A DNA stretch of 64,000 nucleotides from Curvularia clavata. Lineage: Eukaryota. A model generated the notes under the pieces. The model did not search any database and had not been told where the DNA came from. It was given only the letters and a program-made list of their open reading frames with translations. Numbering within the stretch: position 1 is the stretch's first letter; every line of letters begins with the position of its first letter. Positions 1 through 12,695 of this stretch are shown one piece after another. Location: NCBI GenBank assembly GCA_023920165.1, contig CP089275.1, positions 5,084,001 to 5,148,000 of the forward strand, in the 5' to 3' direction. A program made the position numbers and the translations under genes.

Positions 1-228
1 CCGTCTTGTATTAGGAGAAGAAGAAAAAAAGAGCCAATAAAGCTAAAGCTATACGCATACATATATACATACATCTTGCAGATGAAGCTTTTCTCCGCAC
101 ATGCCCTCTCGAAATAAAACTCACTCAAAAAGTCTCCATTCCGCAACTCGGCTTCGTCTAGCAAAAACGCGCGAGCAATGCAGGGCGTCCAGCGACCCAA
201 CCCCATGGACTCTGTCCCCCCCCCCAGT

Positions 229-1543
229 CTAGCTTCCCCGGCACTCCTCGGAGCGCTGAGGCAGACTACTCCGTATCTCCTTCAGCCGCGGCGTAATCAT
301 CTTCTTGACCACCATGCTATTCATCTTCTTGCGAATCGTGTCGTACTCAATGCGAAACAATGATTTAGTGCTCTGCTCAAACTCGTGCGCAGTTGCTTTC
401 TGCAGCCACAGCGATTCCAGTAGGTATATGTACTCGTCCCAATTGTCTGGACCTGTCAAGAGGACCCTTGTTAGCATATTATTATTTTTGTGGCGTGGGT
501 AGGTCAAGCGGCGGCGGGGATTTTTTACCAAGAGCTTTGCGTATGCCTTCTACTTCCAGAGGTACTTCGTAATCGTAAATGGAACGTCTATGATGGTGGC
601 TTGATTGGGTCGGCGATGTTGCCCTGGTGGCTCGCTTCTTGGCTGGTCTGCATCGAGGGGTGCTCGCGCGTGTCTTCTCTTCGTCGTTACGTGCTTTGCC
701 ACTGCTTGTAGTCTCGGCGATATTGTTTTTGTTATCTGTTTCTTCGCCTGCTTTCTTTCTCACCTCTACTATCTCAACCTCATGGCTCTCCTCGTCGTGA
801 GAATCTCTCGGCCTTTTCTTTGCTCTGCTAGTCTCTGACAGCACACTCGGAGATTGTACCAAAGCTCCCGGGCGCCCATCATCTGGATCTTGACGAAGTT
901 TCTGCACTGGAGTCGTAGCCTTGGTGGGTGTCTCTGCTCGGCTGGTCGATCGCTGCTGTCTGGGCTTCGGGAACTTGCGACTAGTGTTTTTGGGTAATGA
1001 TATTCCTGCGTAAGATTTTCCTTGTAGCGGTGCTTTTCTCGGAACATCGTTTGATGGGAGACGGCTGATTGTCTTACCTGCCGGTTTTGGAGTAGACTGT
1101 ACTGCTTGTACCATATTCACTGCTGATGGCGCGCCTTGCATTTGTCGTGGGAGTACAGGTATACGGACAGCTTGAGAGTCGCTGCTATAGGAAACCAGAT
1201 TGACTTTGGTCAAATCAGAACTGAGGCCAAACGTACTGCTATACATAGCAGGCGAGGATGGCAGCTCTGGCCGATGAGGTGATGAGTTAAAATGCAGGCC
1301 TAGCCACATGTATGCGTTACCGGGAGGACGAGAGACAATGGATGGCATATCAGGGTATGAGCCGTGGTGTTTGATGTCCAGACTGGGAAAGCAAGGTACT
1401 CGGTTGCTTGTGCTGGGTGTGGCTGCCGGGCGAGGTATCATGTTTGGGACAGTGGCAGCAAAGGCGTGCTGCTGCGGAGTCATTGCTGTAGACGGCGGAA
1501 AGGGATGTTTCTGTGATGGCGGCTTCTTTTGTGGAGACGTCAT
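229..1543 (-). CDS. Hypothetical protein, Pro/Ser-rich low-complexity N-terminus with a small C-terminal helical domain (2 exons)
   Basis: ORF 482..1543 joins ORF 229..531 through an intron at 453..528 (GTAAAA...GCTAAC...GACAG), giving ...GIRKAL-G-PDNWDEYIYLLESLW...; no family recognised. Confidence 0.65.
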
Positions 1544-2436
1544 TCAGGACAGGTACGCGGCGATGGTCCAGTGAGTGTATGGCAGGAGCAATGGTGCGGT
1601 GAACATGCAACGCTATACTGATCGTACAGAGCAGCGAAAAGGGTAGCGATATCAATCCCCAGGCCTTGTATATGAGAGTGTGCAGTTGATATTGAGAGGT
1701 GAGTGTAGCGCTTGAGACAAGGAGCGCTTGCTGTGGCGGGATTTGGGTATACAAACCACACGAAGGCTTTCACCTCTCCTTTGGTCCTCGTGCCATTGGC
1801 TGCCTAGCACGATTACAGCCACAGATGGAATGACATCATACTCACAACTGAAGCTGCGTGAAACTAAACATTAAGTACGCTCATACACGGACCATAGACC
1901 CTTGGTTATCAGAGCAAGCAAGCTGACAAGGAGCGCAGAAGGGGCTGATCACATGACCCCTCACGCAATGGAAACTAGCGACAACAGTTTGAAATGTCGA
2001 TAAAAGTTCATGGCCAGAAGTGGAATCATCTCTAGGTTGTAGATGCTTCCGGCTCCAAGTAGGGATGCCCTTCTAAAAGCTTCCGCTTCCGACCCCGTCG
2101 CTTGACCGAACAAAGAACAGACAGCAAGAGATCATCACTTTCAGCTTATTTGTATTATCTACGGCTGACAAAAGTCGCCACGTCCTAGGCTATTTGGCGC
2201 TCGCTATAAAACCCAGAATATGCACACCTTGTCGCTCGACTAAGCTACCATACCAGAGCATCATCTTCGGGAGGTTTCATCCTCTACCAGAATGCTGGAG
2301 AAGCCACGACGACAAAACAACGGCATGATCGGATTCTCTATAGCAGCGAAAATGCGCTCATGAGCCACCATGTCCGAACCCGTCGAAAAACGAGCTCAAG
2401 AGGAGCACACCCAAAAGTAGCAAGAGGAAGCATGGC

Positions 2437-4037
2437 TCAGATACCAGCAATATCGGGCGAGTTTGCTCCTTCTCCTTGATTCTGGCCAGGATGTGGTGTA
2501 GGACACTGGAAGCGTTCGTTCCCACCAGGTATCGCGGCGCGAGAATTTGCCTGCGACCGACTCTGACCAGTGTTTGTCCCTGGAGTATAGGGACTACTTT
2601 GCTCTGTTTTCGCCGCCGGCGGCCACCTTTGTGGCGTACCTCCGCCCTGCTCTCCAGGCGTTTGGCCCCTCGGCTTCACTGTCGATCCCGTTTCGGGATC
2701 ACGCCTGTGTCGTGCATTCCACAACTGCTGGTACCGCGTCGCCGCCATGCTCGTCAACTGCGCCTGCAATTCCGGTGACGGATGCGTGACCCCAGATCCC
2801 ACATACGGCTGTACCTCGAGCAGATTCTTTTTTTCCTCGGGCGACGCATTGTTCCAGGTCTCCTCGAATGTTTCGAACCGGCGAAGTGCAGTAATGGGCG
2901 CAGTAACGTACTTGTCGATGTTGACTTTGGCCATGACTTCGGCGGCGGCCGCCTTGGAGTGGTCCAGCAGTATCGCGAGAAAGTGCATGCGCTGGGGAAA
3001 CGTAAAATCTATGTCTTCGCTGTTGAACGACATGTAGTCGATTGAGCGCGTGTGTGCGAAATCAGTCACGCCTGAGACGTGAATGCGCATCCCCGCAAGT
3101 ACGACAATGTGCGCGATGGCTTCAACGTCGCGAGCATCGGTCCATTCACCGTTAGGAAGGAATTTTCCCAGTTGCCATGGCGCGGTTTCTATGTCCCAGA
3201 CGTTTTGAAGGCTTAGCAGCGCGCTGCATATCTTCTCGATGTAGAACTTGTACTGTTCGGCCGATTGAGGCAAACCATAGCGGCCCATTGAAGGGAACCA
3301 GGCTACCTCATTTAAGTAAGTATTTACTTGGTCGAAGTTTCGGAAGTGAAAGCCCCAGAACGGGAAGACTTGCCGAGGAAGCGGTGTCAAGGGCTGGGGC
3401 TGAGGCGTGAGATGTGGCGTGGGCTGGGACGGCTGTCTGAGGAAGGGAGAGCGGTTTACGGCCTCTGCTAGCCCCGGACTTAGGTTTTGAGGAACCTGGT
3501 TGAGGCTGAGCCGAGTGTTTTGCGATGCTGGAGGCGTGTTTCCGAAGGCAGGTTGGGTGAACTGAGGATATGGGTGTGCGTTGGGTGGGAAGGATCGGCT
3601 GGGCACGTTGAACATTTCGTTACCTCCCTAGGCTTCTATGAGTTTTGTTTCTTGTCCTACGAAAATTAAAACATTTAACTCACGGATAGGTGGAAGGGGG
3701 TCTGCTCCTGCATATTTGCAGTTTGTATATTTGATACTGTCGACCCACCCCCATCTGTATAGTTCGCGGCCGCATTCGTGTTGCCTCCTCGAACGAACTA
3801 CAGAGTATTAGCTAGACTTTATTTAGATTTCAAACAACAGTATCTAGTTACCCCATACTCGTTACTACCGCTGTTCTGTCTGGGGAAGCCCCCAGATTGA
3901 AAGTGGTCAGGTTGAACAGGTTGAAATTGCCGATGTAAGCTGGGGACACCAAGTAGTGTATCCCGATCAGACTCGTTGTTAACTTCGAGAGTCGCCTGGC
4001 CGGTTTCTGGTCTGATCGGAGTATTAGTGTCGCTCAT
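2437..4037 (-). CDS. Hypothetical protein (3 exons)
   Basis: Exons 4037..3852, 3797..3684 and 3627..2437. Introns 3798..3851 (GTAACT..CTAAT..TGTAG) and 3628..3683 (GTGAGT..CCTAG) keep the frame into the 392-aa ORF. The central region looks globular; no family recognised. Confidence 0.65.
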
Positions 4038-4610
4038 GTCGGGGGAAAGAGGGTAGCCGGGTTTGTGATTGACACTAAAATTTCAATACTGTTCAGACTT
4101 GGCGAGAGAGGACCTCAGAGGTACCGAGAGTGTATCCAATCTACAGGATTTGGTTGAAGACCCTCCGTTTGCGCTCAAATTTGCTTAGTGGGAGTAGTAC
4201 AAACGCACTAGTGGGCGTGAGTGGTGAATATGAATGTCGCAAACGCATTATTTTGGATGTGACCGTGCACAAATCAGTCATGGTTGACACGGCGATTTTA
4301 TCACAAACACTCTAGGATACGCTTTTTGTAGAATCAAAGGAACGGAAGTTGTTGGAAAACTGGAAAATTGAATGGGTAAAGGAAATTTGAACCATAGTTA
4401 TCGGTTGTCTCGATCTACCATCCGCCATTTAAAACTCCTTCATTCCTAAACGCCCCAATGACATATACCAGAGACCAACGGGCACTCTTCAAAAACAAAT
4501 GCTCATGCCTTTTATAGGCATTAGAGTACCATAGGCTTTATCAGCTCCACCAAACCGCAATCGCAAACTGTATTTGATCATGCAACTCCTCGATGATGCC
4601 TCGATTTATT

Positions 4611-6916
4611 CTATCCATACAGTGTACCCTTAGTACGTTCACTGAACTGAGTCTCATTGTGGAGATGCTGAGTGACATCCATGGTGGTGATGATATGGTC
4701 GTAGCTAAGCTTCTCTTCTTTGCGACTTGCTAGTAGCCTGGCTATCTTGAGGATATTCTTGACTTGGCGGCCGTTCAAATTCATGCGTGCAAGCTCCATG
4801 AGTTGGGTCTTTGTAATCGTGTGCTCCTGTGAGAAGGAGTCCAGGAAATTCTTCCACACTGTCTTGCGTGATTCCACAGTGAGACCAGGATAGTCGATTG
4901 AGATGTGAATACGCGACTGGAAAGCCGGGTCGAAGGTTTCAACGCGGTTGGTGGTCAGGAACATTGTGCCACTAAAATATTCCAAGACGCGGAGGAAGAT
5001 GGAAACCAGCTTATTGCGCTCCAGCTCGTGAAGCGAACGCTGCTCCAAGAAAACGTCTGCTTCATCGAGCAAGAGAACTGCGTTCCAACGGCTGCACATT
5101 TCGAGGATGTCTTGCAGGTTGCTCTCTAACCTTCTCGGATCGAAGCCGAGATCACCAGCACTCATCATGTACAGCGGAACCTTCATCTCTTCTGCAACCG
5201 ACTCGCTGGTGAGGGTCTTACCAACGCCTGGCGGACCGCAGAGCAGCACAATCATACCTTTGCCCTTGCCCTCAATCACGTCATCGAAATCATCGCGGAA
5301 TTTACGCTGAGACTCCGTAAAGCCAAGAATCAGTTCCTTTTGGTTCTTGGGTAAGACCAACCGATCGAATGCGTCAGTTTGCCATTCGATGTCCTTGACG
5401 CAATTGACAAAGAAGTTTAGCCAAAGCTTGTTTTTCAGACTGTATCCGCGCAGGAGTGGAGAGCAGATGAGCTTCTGTTCGGGAGTCAAAGGCACATGCT
5501 TTGTCCCCTCATCTTCGTCTGCAAAAGCGCCATCGAGAGGCATTCCGCTGTCGTCTTCTAGTTCAAACTCTTCTTCCTCGTACTCGTCGTCGTAGTCATC
5601 CTGACCCGAGTGAGACTGTACCCTGGCAGGTTCCTTCTGGTTGAGAGGAGCAACATAGACTGAATTTGCTGCGTTGAAGCGGTTCCAGCCGTACGTGTCG
5701 ATGACAATTCGACCTTTCACATTGTACTTGTCTTTTGTGCCGAACTGACCCAATCGCCATGCAACACCCTGGTAAGCTCGGTAATTAGGACCAGCAAGCG
5801 ACTCAGTTTTGGCGCCACGCTCGATGAGGCGCGCACGAACCGTCTCACTCTCAGCATGGAACTCGAGGGGGTACGCACGTAGCGATGTGATGGGTCGAGT
5901 GCCGCTGTAGTAGGAGATGGACAAATTGACCTTGCTGGTTCCGAATCTGGCTCCATCCCAGTCCACACACTTGGATATCAACCAGAAGCAAGGTACGCCA
6001 TTATCGTCTTGAGCATAGCGCGTCTCTACCAGAGTCATGGCTGTTTCCTGACCGTCTTGTCGAGCGAATACGGTGGCCCCAGGCTGGAAAAGCGTCCAGA
6101 GATGTTCAAATGTCATGACACGTTTACTCTTCATGTCTTGTGAGATGTCGATGACATCCTTGAATTCTTTTGTCAGGACACTCTGGAGTAACTCTGCATG
6201 TACTTTTGTTGTGCGCTGCTCTTCGGTTTCGCCACTAAGATTGGCAATGGCGTCTTGCAACTCAGCCCTATTCAAAGTATTAGCTGGAGAGTCGTCGAAT
6301 ACACTGTGAGGGAGAAAAGGTCTCCGTACCATCGATGGATAAGAGGTTCAAATTTTCCACTAAACTCGAGACGGTTGAGGCCAACAGTTACTCCCGGGTA
6401 GTTCTTGAGGACGCCGGCGAGCAGATTCTTGAGAAGCGGGCTCTGCACGACGATTGAGTGCATGGACAAGACGCGACGTGGGTCGTTGTAGACTTTGACG
6501 TTCCGCACAAGCAGTGCCCATTTTGCAGTTTTCTCGTTCTCGGCTGGATCGCCCACGTCCTTGGGCATCTCCTCCTGCCATTGGAAGCGTCCTTTCTTGT
6601 CCTCCTTGCCAGAGTAAAAGTGTTTGAGGCCACTCTTCATTCCGGGGTCGCACGGCTCATCGTCTTCATCATTCTTTTTGGTTTCGCCATCTGCGTCGTC
6701 ATTCTTTTTTGCCTCGCCATTTGGCCGGCCCTTGCCGTTGACAATGATATGCTTGACACCGTTTGCCTCAAGAGCGTCGCTGCTCGGTGCATCGGATGAG
6801 ACCGGCAGCGCCTGGCTGATGTAGGGCATGTTGGCTTGTTCCCTCGCCTGGATCTGGTGTTGGATCTCTTGTTGGTCTCCCGAGTGGACAGCGCGATGTA
6901 AAGGAGCTGGGTCCAT
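4611..6916 (-). CDS. Fungal AAA+ family ATPase (long N-terminal domain plus single AAA module)
   Basis: Walker A GPPGVGKT, Walker B LLLDEAD, sensor region FLTTNRVETFDPAFQSRIH. Intron 6268..6329 joins the 227-aa and 573-aa ORFs (IHRW-AELQ). ATG at 6916 (MDPAPLH). Confidence 0.9.
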
Positions 6917-7704
6917 AACACAGGCTGCTGTTAGAATGGTGGTTGGATATGGCAAACGACTGCGGATCGGAGCCGCTTAGTTGTGATGGGATCGGGGCTC
7001 GCCCTTATGTATTGTTGAGGTTTAATTGTAGGGCGGCACACTTAAATGTGTTTGTTGCCGGGATGAAGGCAGAAGAAGCATGGAGATAGGACCAGAAGTA
7101 CCTCGTCAGAGCCAAGTGTAACCAGTCTTACCGGTCAGGCTGCGCACCCTGCTGCCTATGCAACTACAGGCCTCCTTGCGGCGTACTTAGCAGCCAGCAA
7201 CCTATCAGAGGGCGCCAGTTGCGTGACCACAAACAGAGGCGCTAGCCCATACGTAGCTTGGATGCAAGGCAGCCACAATGCGTTGTTCACGTTTTGTGTG
7301 CATTTATCGTCGCGGACTCGGCTTTGGAGAGTGATGCCTGGAGCGGCGATGCTCCCCGCTGCAGAGAGGGCGTCATCGGGCGTGGAGAAGGGCTGACGGC
7401 TGAATCAGCCCAAACGATACTCTCCAGTGATCGACGGTGCAATGCAGCCTAGATTTGTGGATATATCAGAGGTGAGAGTCGTGTACCGCCCACCCTGAGG
7501 CTTGGTAATGATAGAAGGGCAGGTAACACACGAGGTGAGGCTGACTATTTGTGGCGGTGCACCATGATACTACCCCGCGACCGGCGTCGGCGCCTGAGCC
7601 CCGCGCCATCTTTTTCACTCCTCGTGTGCTAGTCCAAAACTTTTTTTTTTGCGTGGCTCACTCAAAGACCTCCACGTAAAGCCTCAGGTGCTCTCTGGCC
7701 CAGA

Positions 7705-9837
7705 ATGGCTGCTCTCATCAAGGTGCCCTGCTCGTCAGCCAACATTGGCCCTGGCTTCGATGTTATCGGCCTGGCGCTCAATCTCTACCTCGAAGTCGAA
7801 GTCACAGTCACCAAGAAGGACCAGTCCGAGCATTCACTCAATTGCAAAATAACATACGAAGGCGACGACGCTGAACATGTCCCCCTCGTTGCGCAGGACA
7901 ATCTCATTACGCGAACCGCCGTATACGTCCTCCGCTGCCATGGCATCCGCCAATTCCCCTCAGAGACACACGTACACGTCAGGAACCCGATACCATTAGG
8001 ACGTGGTCTGGGATCCTCAGCCGCCGCCATTGTGGCAGGTGTACACCTGGCCAATGAAGTGGGCAATCTCAAGCTGTCCAGGGCGCGCATGCTCGACTAC
8101 TGCTTGATGGAGGAGCGACACCCTGATAACGTTGCGGCTGCGCTCTATGGAGGCTTTGTTGGCACTTACCTGAACGAACTGTCGCCCGAGGATACGGAGC
8201 GCCTCGAGATTCCGCTCAGCGAAGTCCTGCCCCAGCCTGCAGGAGGTGTAGACACGGGCCTCCAGCCGCCCGAGCCTCCTCTGAACATCGGACACTACAC
8301 CAAGTTCAACTGGTCGCCCGCCATCAAGTGCGTGTGCATAATACCCCAATTCGAAGTATCCACAGCAAAGGCACGTGCCGTATTGCCAGAGTCGTATTCG
8401 AGGAAAGATGCCATCTTCAACATGCAGCGTCTGGCGGTCTTGACCACTGCTCTTGGTCAAGCCACACCCGACCCCAACATGATCTACACAGCCATGCAAG
8501 ACAAGCTCCACCAGCCCTACCGTAGCGGCTTGATCCCCGGACTTACCGAGATTCTCAAGTCCGTCACACCGCAATCGCATCCAGGCCTTTTGGGCATCTG
8601 CCTCTCAGGTGCTGGGCCAACCATACTCGCCCTCGCGACAGAAAACTTTGACAAGATTGCAGAGCATCTTCTGGAAGAGTTCAAGAAGGAAGGCATAACT
8701 TGCGATTGGAAGCTGCTTGAGCCAGCCGAGGAGGGTACTGTCGTCACACGCTCTGCCAACGCATCGCAACCAGCTGGCGAGGCATTGACATATGCCTCTT
8801 CCGGTGTTAGCATCGATGCAGGCAACGAACTAGTCAAGCAGATCAAGGCGCTCACTGCCAGCACAAAGCGACCCGGAGCTGATGGCAAGATTGGTGGCTT
8901 CGGTGGCCTGCTTGATCTCCAGGCAGCCGGATACACAGAGGCCCCAATACTCGTCGGCGCCATCGACGGCATCGGCACAAAGGTCAAGATTGCCTTTGAA
9001 ATGGGCAAGCACGACACGGTTGGAATCGACCTTGTTGCAATGAACGTCAACGATCTGGTTGTACAGGGTGCGGAGCCGCTCATGTTCCTTGACTACTACG
9101 CTTGCAGCAAGCTCGACGTTCAGGGTGCAGCCAAGTTTGTCGAAGGTGTCGCCAACGGGTGTCGCCAATCTGCATGCGCTCTGGTGGGTGGCGAGACGGC
9201 AGAGATGCCCGGCATCTATCAAAAGGGCGAATATGACGCCGGCGGAGCTGCCATTGGCGCCATCAAGCAAGGTGCGACAATTCTGCCAGACACAGCGTCC
9301 ATGGCCGAAGGTGACGTACTGCTGGGCCTCGCATCAAGCGGCGTCCACTCGAACGGCTTTTCGCTTGTCCGAAGAATCGTTGAGGCGCAGGGCATGTCGT
9401 ACCTGGACACTTGCCCCTGGAGCTCCGGTGAGAATCTAGGGACTGCTCTTCTGACGCCAACCAAGATCTACGTCAAACCGTTGCTAGCTGTAAGCCGGCG
9501 GGGCTTGATCAAGGGTATGGCCCACATTACGGGCGGAGGCTTGCTCGAGAACATCCCGCGCATGTTGCCGAAGACCCTAGCTGCCGAACTGGATGCGAAG
9601 TCGTGGCCCCTTCTAGACGTTTTCAAGTGGCTCAAGAAAGCGGGTCGGATGGAGCACACCGAGTTTGCGAGAACCTTCAACACGGGTCTCGGCATGGTGC
9701 TTGTGGTCAAGCAAGAGGACGTAAGGACTACCATGGATCGTCTGCAAGAGTACGGCGAGAAGGTCTATGTGGTGGGCTCGCTGAAGAAGAGGACTGACGA
9801 GGAATGCATTGTCAGGAACATGGAGGCCTGGGACTGA
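7705..9837 (+). CDS. Bifunctional fusion: homoserine kinase (Thr1/ThrB, GHMP kinase) + AIR synthetase (PurM, the Ade7 activity)
   Basis: Single intronless 710-aa ORF. N-half has VPCSSANIGPGFD, IPLGRGLGSSAAA, HPDN and LSGAGPT. C-half from residue 361 (nt 8785) has LTYASSGVSIDAGN, DGIGTK, DLVAMNVND, GGETAEMP, SSGVHSNGFS and AHITGGG. Confidence 0.95.
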   Translation: MAALIKVPCSSANIGPGFDVIGLALNLYLEVEVTVTKKDQSEHSLNCKITYEGDDAEHVPLVAQDNLITRTAVYVLRCHGIRQFPSETHVHVRNPIPLGRGLGSSAAAIVAGVHLANEVGNLKLSRARMLDYCLMEERHPDNVAAALYGGFVGTYLNELSPEDTERLEIPLSEVLPQPAGGVDTGLQPPEPPLNIGHYTKFNWSPAIKCVCIIPQFEVSTAKARAVLPESYSRKDAIFNMQRLAVLTTALGQATPDPNMIYTAMQDKLHQPYRSGLIPGLTEILKSVTPQSHPGLLGICLSGAGPTILALATENFDKIAEHLLEEFKKEGITCDWKLLEPAEEGTVVTRSANASQPAGEALTYASSGVSIDAGNELVKQIKALTASTKRPGADGKIGGFGGLLDLQAAGYTEAPILVGAIDGIGTKVKIAFEMGKHDTVGIDLVAMNVNDLVVQGAEPLMFLDYYACSKLDVQGAAKFVEGVANGCRQSACALVGGETAEMPGIYQKGEYDAGGAAIGAIKQGATILPDTASMAEGDVLLGLASSGVHSNGFSLVRRIVEAQGMSYLDTCPWSSGENLGTALLTPTKIYVKPLLAVSRRGLIKGMAHITGGGLLENIPRMLPKTLAAELDAKSWPLLDVFKWLKKAGRMEHTEFARTFNTGLGMVLVVKQEDVRTTMDRLQEYGEKVYVVGSLKKRTDEECIVRNMEAWD

Positions 9838-11345
9838 GCCCGACTTTTTTTCTTTTTCTTTTATTTATTTTATTTACTTGGCTATGATGAACGTGGAGAG
9901 AAAAGTCGTCATTATCGATTATTTCCAAAGGCTTGGTTGATTCCTATCTGACATCGGAAGCATCTGCGAATATATATATATAACAGCATATCAAACAAAT
10001 ATACCCACATTTACCGGAGCCTATAGGGCTGGGATCTCTTCATTTGCAAGTTAGTATCATCACAACGGGAATTTTTCCCCAGCGGACACGCGGCTTTGTT
10101 TCAGGCAGCTTCAATGTGTCATGATATCACCACGTTGACTATGGCGCAATCCATGGGTGCATGGCAAGTGCGTCGGTGAGCCATGGAAAGCTGAAGCGCA
10201 GGTGGTTGAATACGGGGCAGGTGGTTTATAGGCGAAGGCTTTTGCATGTGCATATGCAAGCCACGACAAGAAGTGGAGACAAAGGGCCTTCGTGCTGCGA
10301 GGACGCGTAAAGGATCAAACTCTCTGTAGCTTCCAAGCCGTCGGCATTGTTCCGATACAGCCAGCGGGCCCGAAAGCCAAACGGCTTAGTCAGGCGAGGA
10401 TTACCCGGCGGCCGTGAGGGTGAGCGCTACCGGCGATGCGCGAAAATGGAGTACTAGGGACAGAGACGATGTGCTTGCGAACCAGCGTCGCACAGGTGTG
10501 CCATGCCTCCCGCTCGACCTTCTGGAACGTCTCACCGCCGTACATTAGCCCGCATGCATTAGCTACACTCGGCTACAGGTACGTGGAGAACATGGTTTGG
10601 ACACGACCATGCCATGCCATGCTATGCTCAGGACAACCACAGGCTGACCGCAACGCGACGCCGCACATCATGTAATGGAGTCACCCGGCCTGGCGCAGAG
10701 AAGAGAGCATGTCGTGATCACGCAATACAAAACAGGATATACTTGGTGGATTGATCCCTCCCGCAGGGCTGGACAGAATCTGTTGAGACAAGGCCGTTTA
10801 GGCGCCTTGATATGACTCTTCGCATCCTGACGTCGACATGCAAAGTACAAGTGGGCCGCAGCTGTGCCTCGAGGCGCGGCCCAAGACGCCAATGCGGACC
10901 GGGAGTGGTGCTGTATGGAGCTGACAATTCGCAGTGGTGGTGTACAGAGTGAAACCATGTGCTGCTACACGGCTGAATGGGCCAGCCCTGGTGGGGCGCT
11001 GCCATGTCGACGCCGCGCTGCCATTGGCCAGGCGGGCATGTGCTGGTAGATGCCGGTCCGCTTTCCTGAAGGGCTAACTTTTTTTTTCTCTGCTTCCGAC
11101 TCAGAGTCGATAGACGGTCTTTTGGCGCTGGCACTCGTTGCGCTCCTTGTCCTGTGTTCCGAAGCTGACAGCATTACACGGCAGCAAGCCACCCCCCAGC
11201 CCAGCCTTGACCGCGCATCCGCCCCAACTCGGCGCCATCCTAGCCCTATCTCATTCTTACCCATCCTATCTCACCACCCCTCCCAGACCGACTAGACTGA
11301 CCGATTACTACTTATCTCTCGACTCCCCCTCCCCCTTCCTTCATA

Positions 11346-12094
11346 ATGTCTGCTTCCCAAGACTCTGCCGCTCACGCCACCGCCGCACACCCTCCCTCCC
11401 AGAAGCCTGATCCCACGCTCGAGTCCAACCATGGCGCCTCCCAAGGAAAGCACTCCGCCGCCGGTCCCTCCGCCGCCGCCGAACTCGCCAGTCTTAAAAG
11501 CACGCTGAAGTCGTCGCTCCGCCAATTCAAGGACTTCCCCGAGCCAGGCATTCTTTTCGAGGATATCCTGCCCATTTTCGCAAACCCTACCCTCCACGAG
11601 AGCCTGCTGCGCGGGCTGCAGCTGGCCGTCGAGAAGCAATTCGGCGCTGCCGGCAAACCCGACGTCGTCGTCGGCCTCGATGCGCGTGGTTTTCTATTTG
11701 GACCCAGCCTGGCGCTGAGGATGGGCGCCAGCTTTGTACCCGTCCGCAAGAAGGGAAAGCTGCCTGGCCCCTGTGAGACTGCCGAGTACCAGAAGGAGTA
11801 TGGCAGTGATTTCTTCCAGATGCAGGCCGATGCCGTGAAGAGCGGCCAGAAGGTGCTCGTCGTTGACGACATTATTGCAACCGGTACGTCTACTATGCAA
11901 GTCATCGAAAACAGATTTCTAACATACATCTAGGTGGCTCTGCATCTGCTGCTGGATCTCTCGTCAAGAAGCTCGGCGGAACCGTGATTGGATACCTCTT
12001 CATTCTTGAACTTGACTTCCTCAAGGGCCGCGATAAGCTCGATGCGCCGGTTCACACACTGCTTGCAAGCCAGGAGGAGAAGCTTGAGCAGTAA
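11346..12094 (+). CDS. APT1: Adenine phosphoribosyltransferase
   Basis: DFPEPGILFEDI, GLDARGFLFG, RKKGKLPG, YQKEYG and PRPP motif VLVVDDIIATGGS completed across intron 11884..11933; stop TAA at 12092-12094. Confidence 0.95.
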
Positions 12095-12695
12095 AGGGCC
12101 ATTCCGGCTCCAATCCCAGTGCCTGATTGCAGTTCGGGCCCTGGTACCTTGATGATTTAGGTGTTTCAACAAACACCACAACTTTATAGACAAAGGAGAT
12201 ACTGCATTTGGGAGGCGTTGGTCTAGTTTTGGATAAATACCTACACGGCAACGAAAAACGTGCCCCGAATCAGAGGATTGAAGAATATATACTGTAGTTA
12301 CGCCCCTTTTGATACCACTCTCTCAATCTTATCAGATTTCCGCTCTACCTTTGGCTCACTTCAACTGGCCACGTAGTACCGAGCCCTCTTTACCCCTTGC
12401 CTATTTTTTTCCCGTCGCAAAAACCCCTCTCATCCCAAGAAAATCTCACACTCTACCCCTCCATGTCCGAGCACGTGCGGGCGCTAAAGCCAAAACGGGA
12501 AAGTGCGGGGTCGTCTCATCGGCTCCGATGCCGGCGGCCGCTAACCCATACCCCTCTCACCCGCGCCCTACAGCTGATGTAATGCTAACTGGCCCGACGA
12601 CATATGTGGGGTTTTGTTGGTTGTTACGATAGCGGTCCGACAATAGCCTCGTTTTGCCAGACGTAGATAAAGTCTCCCTTTCCCTTTTTCCTTCA

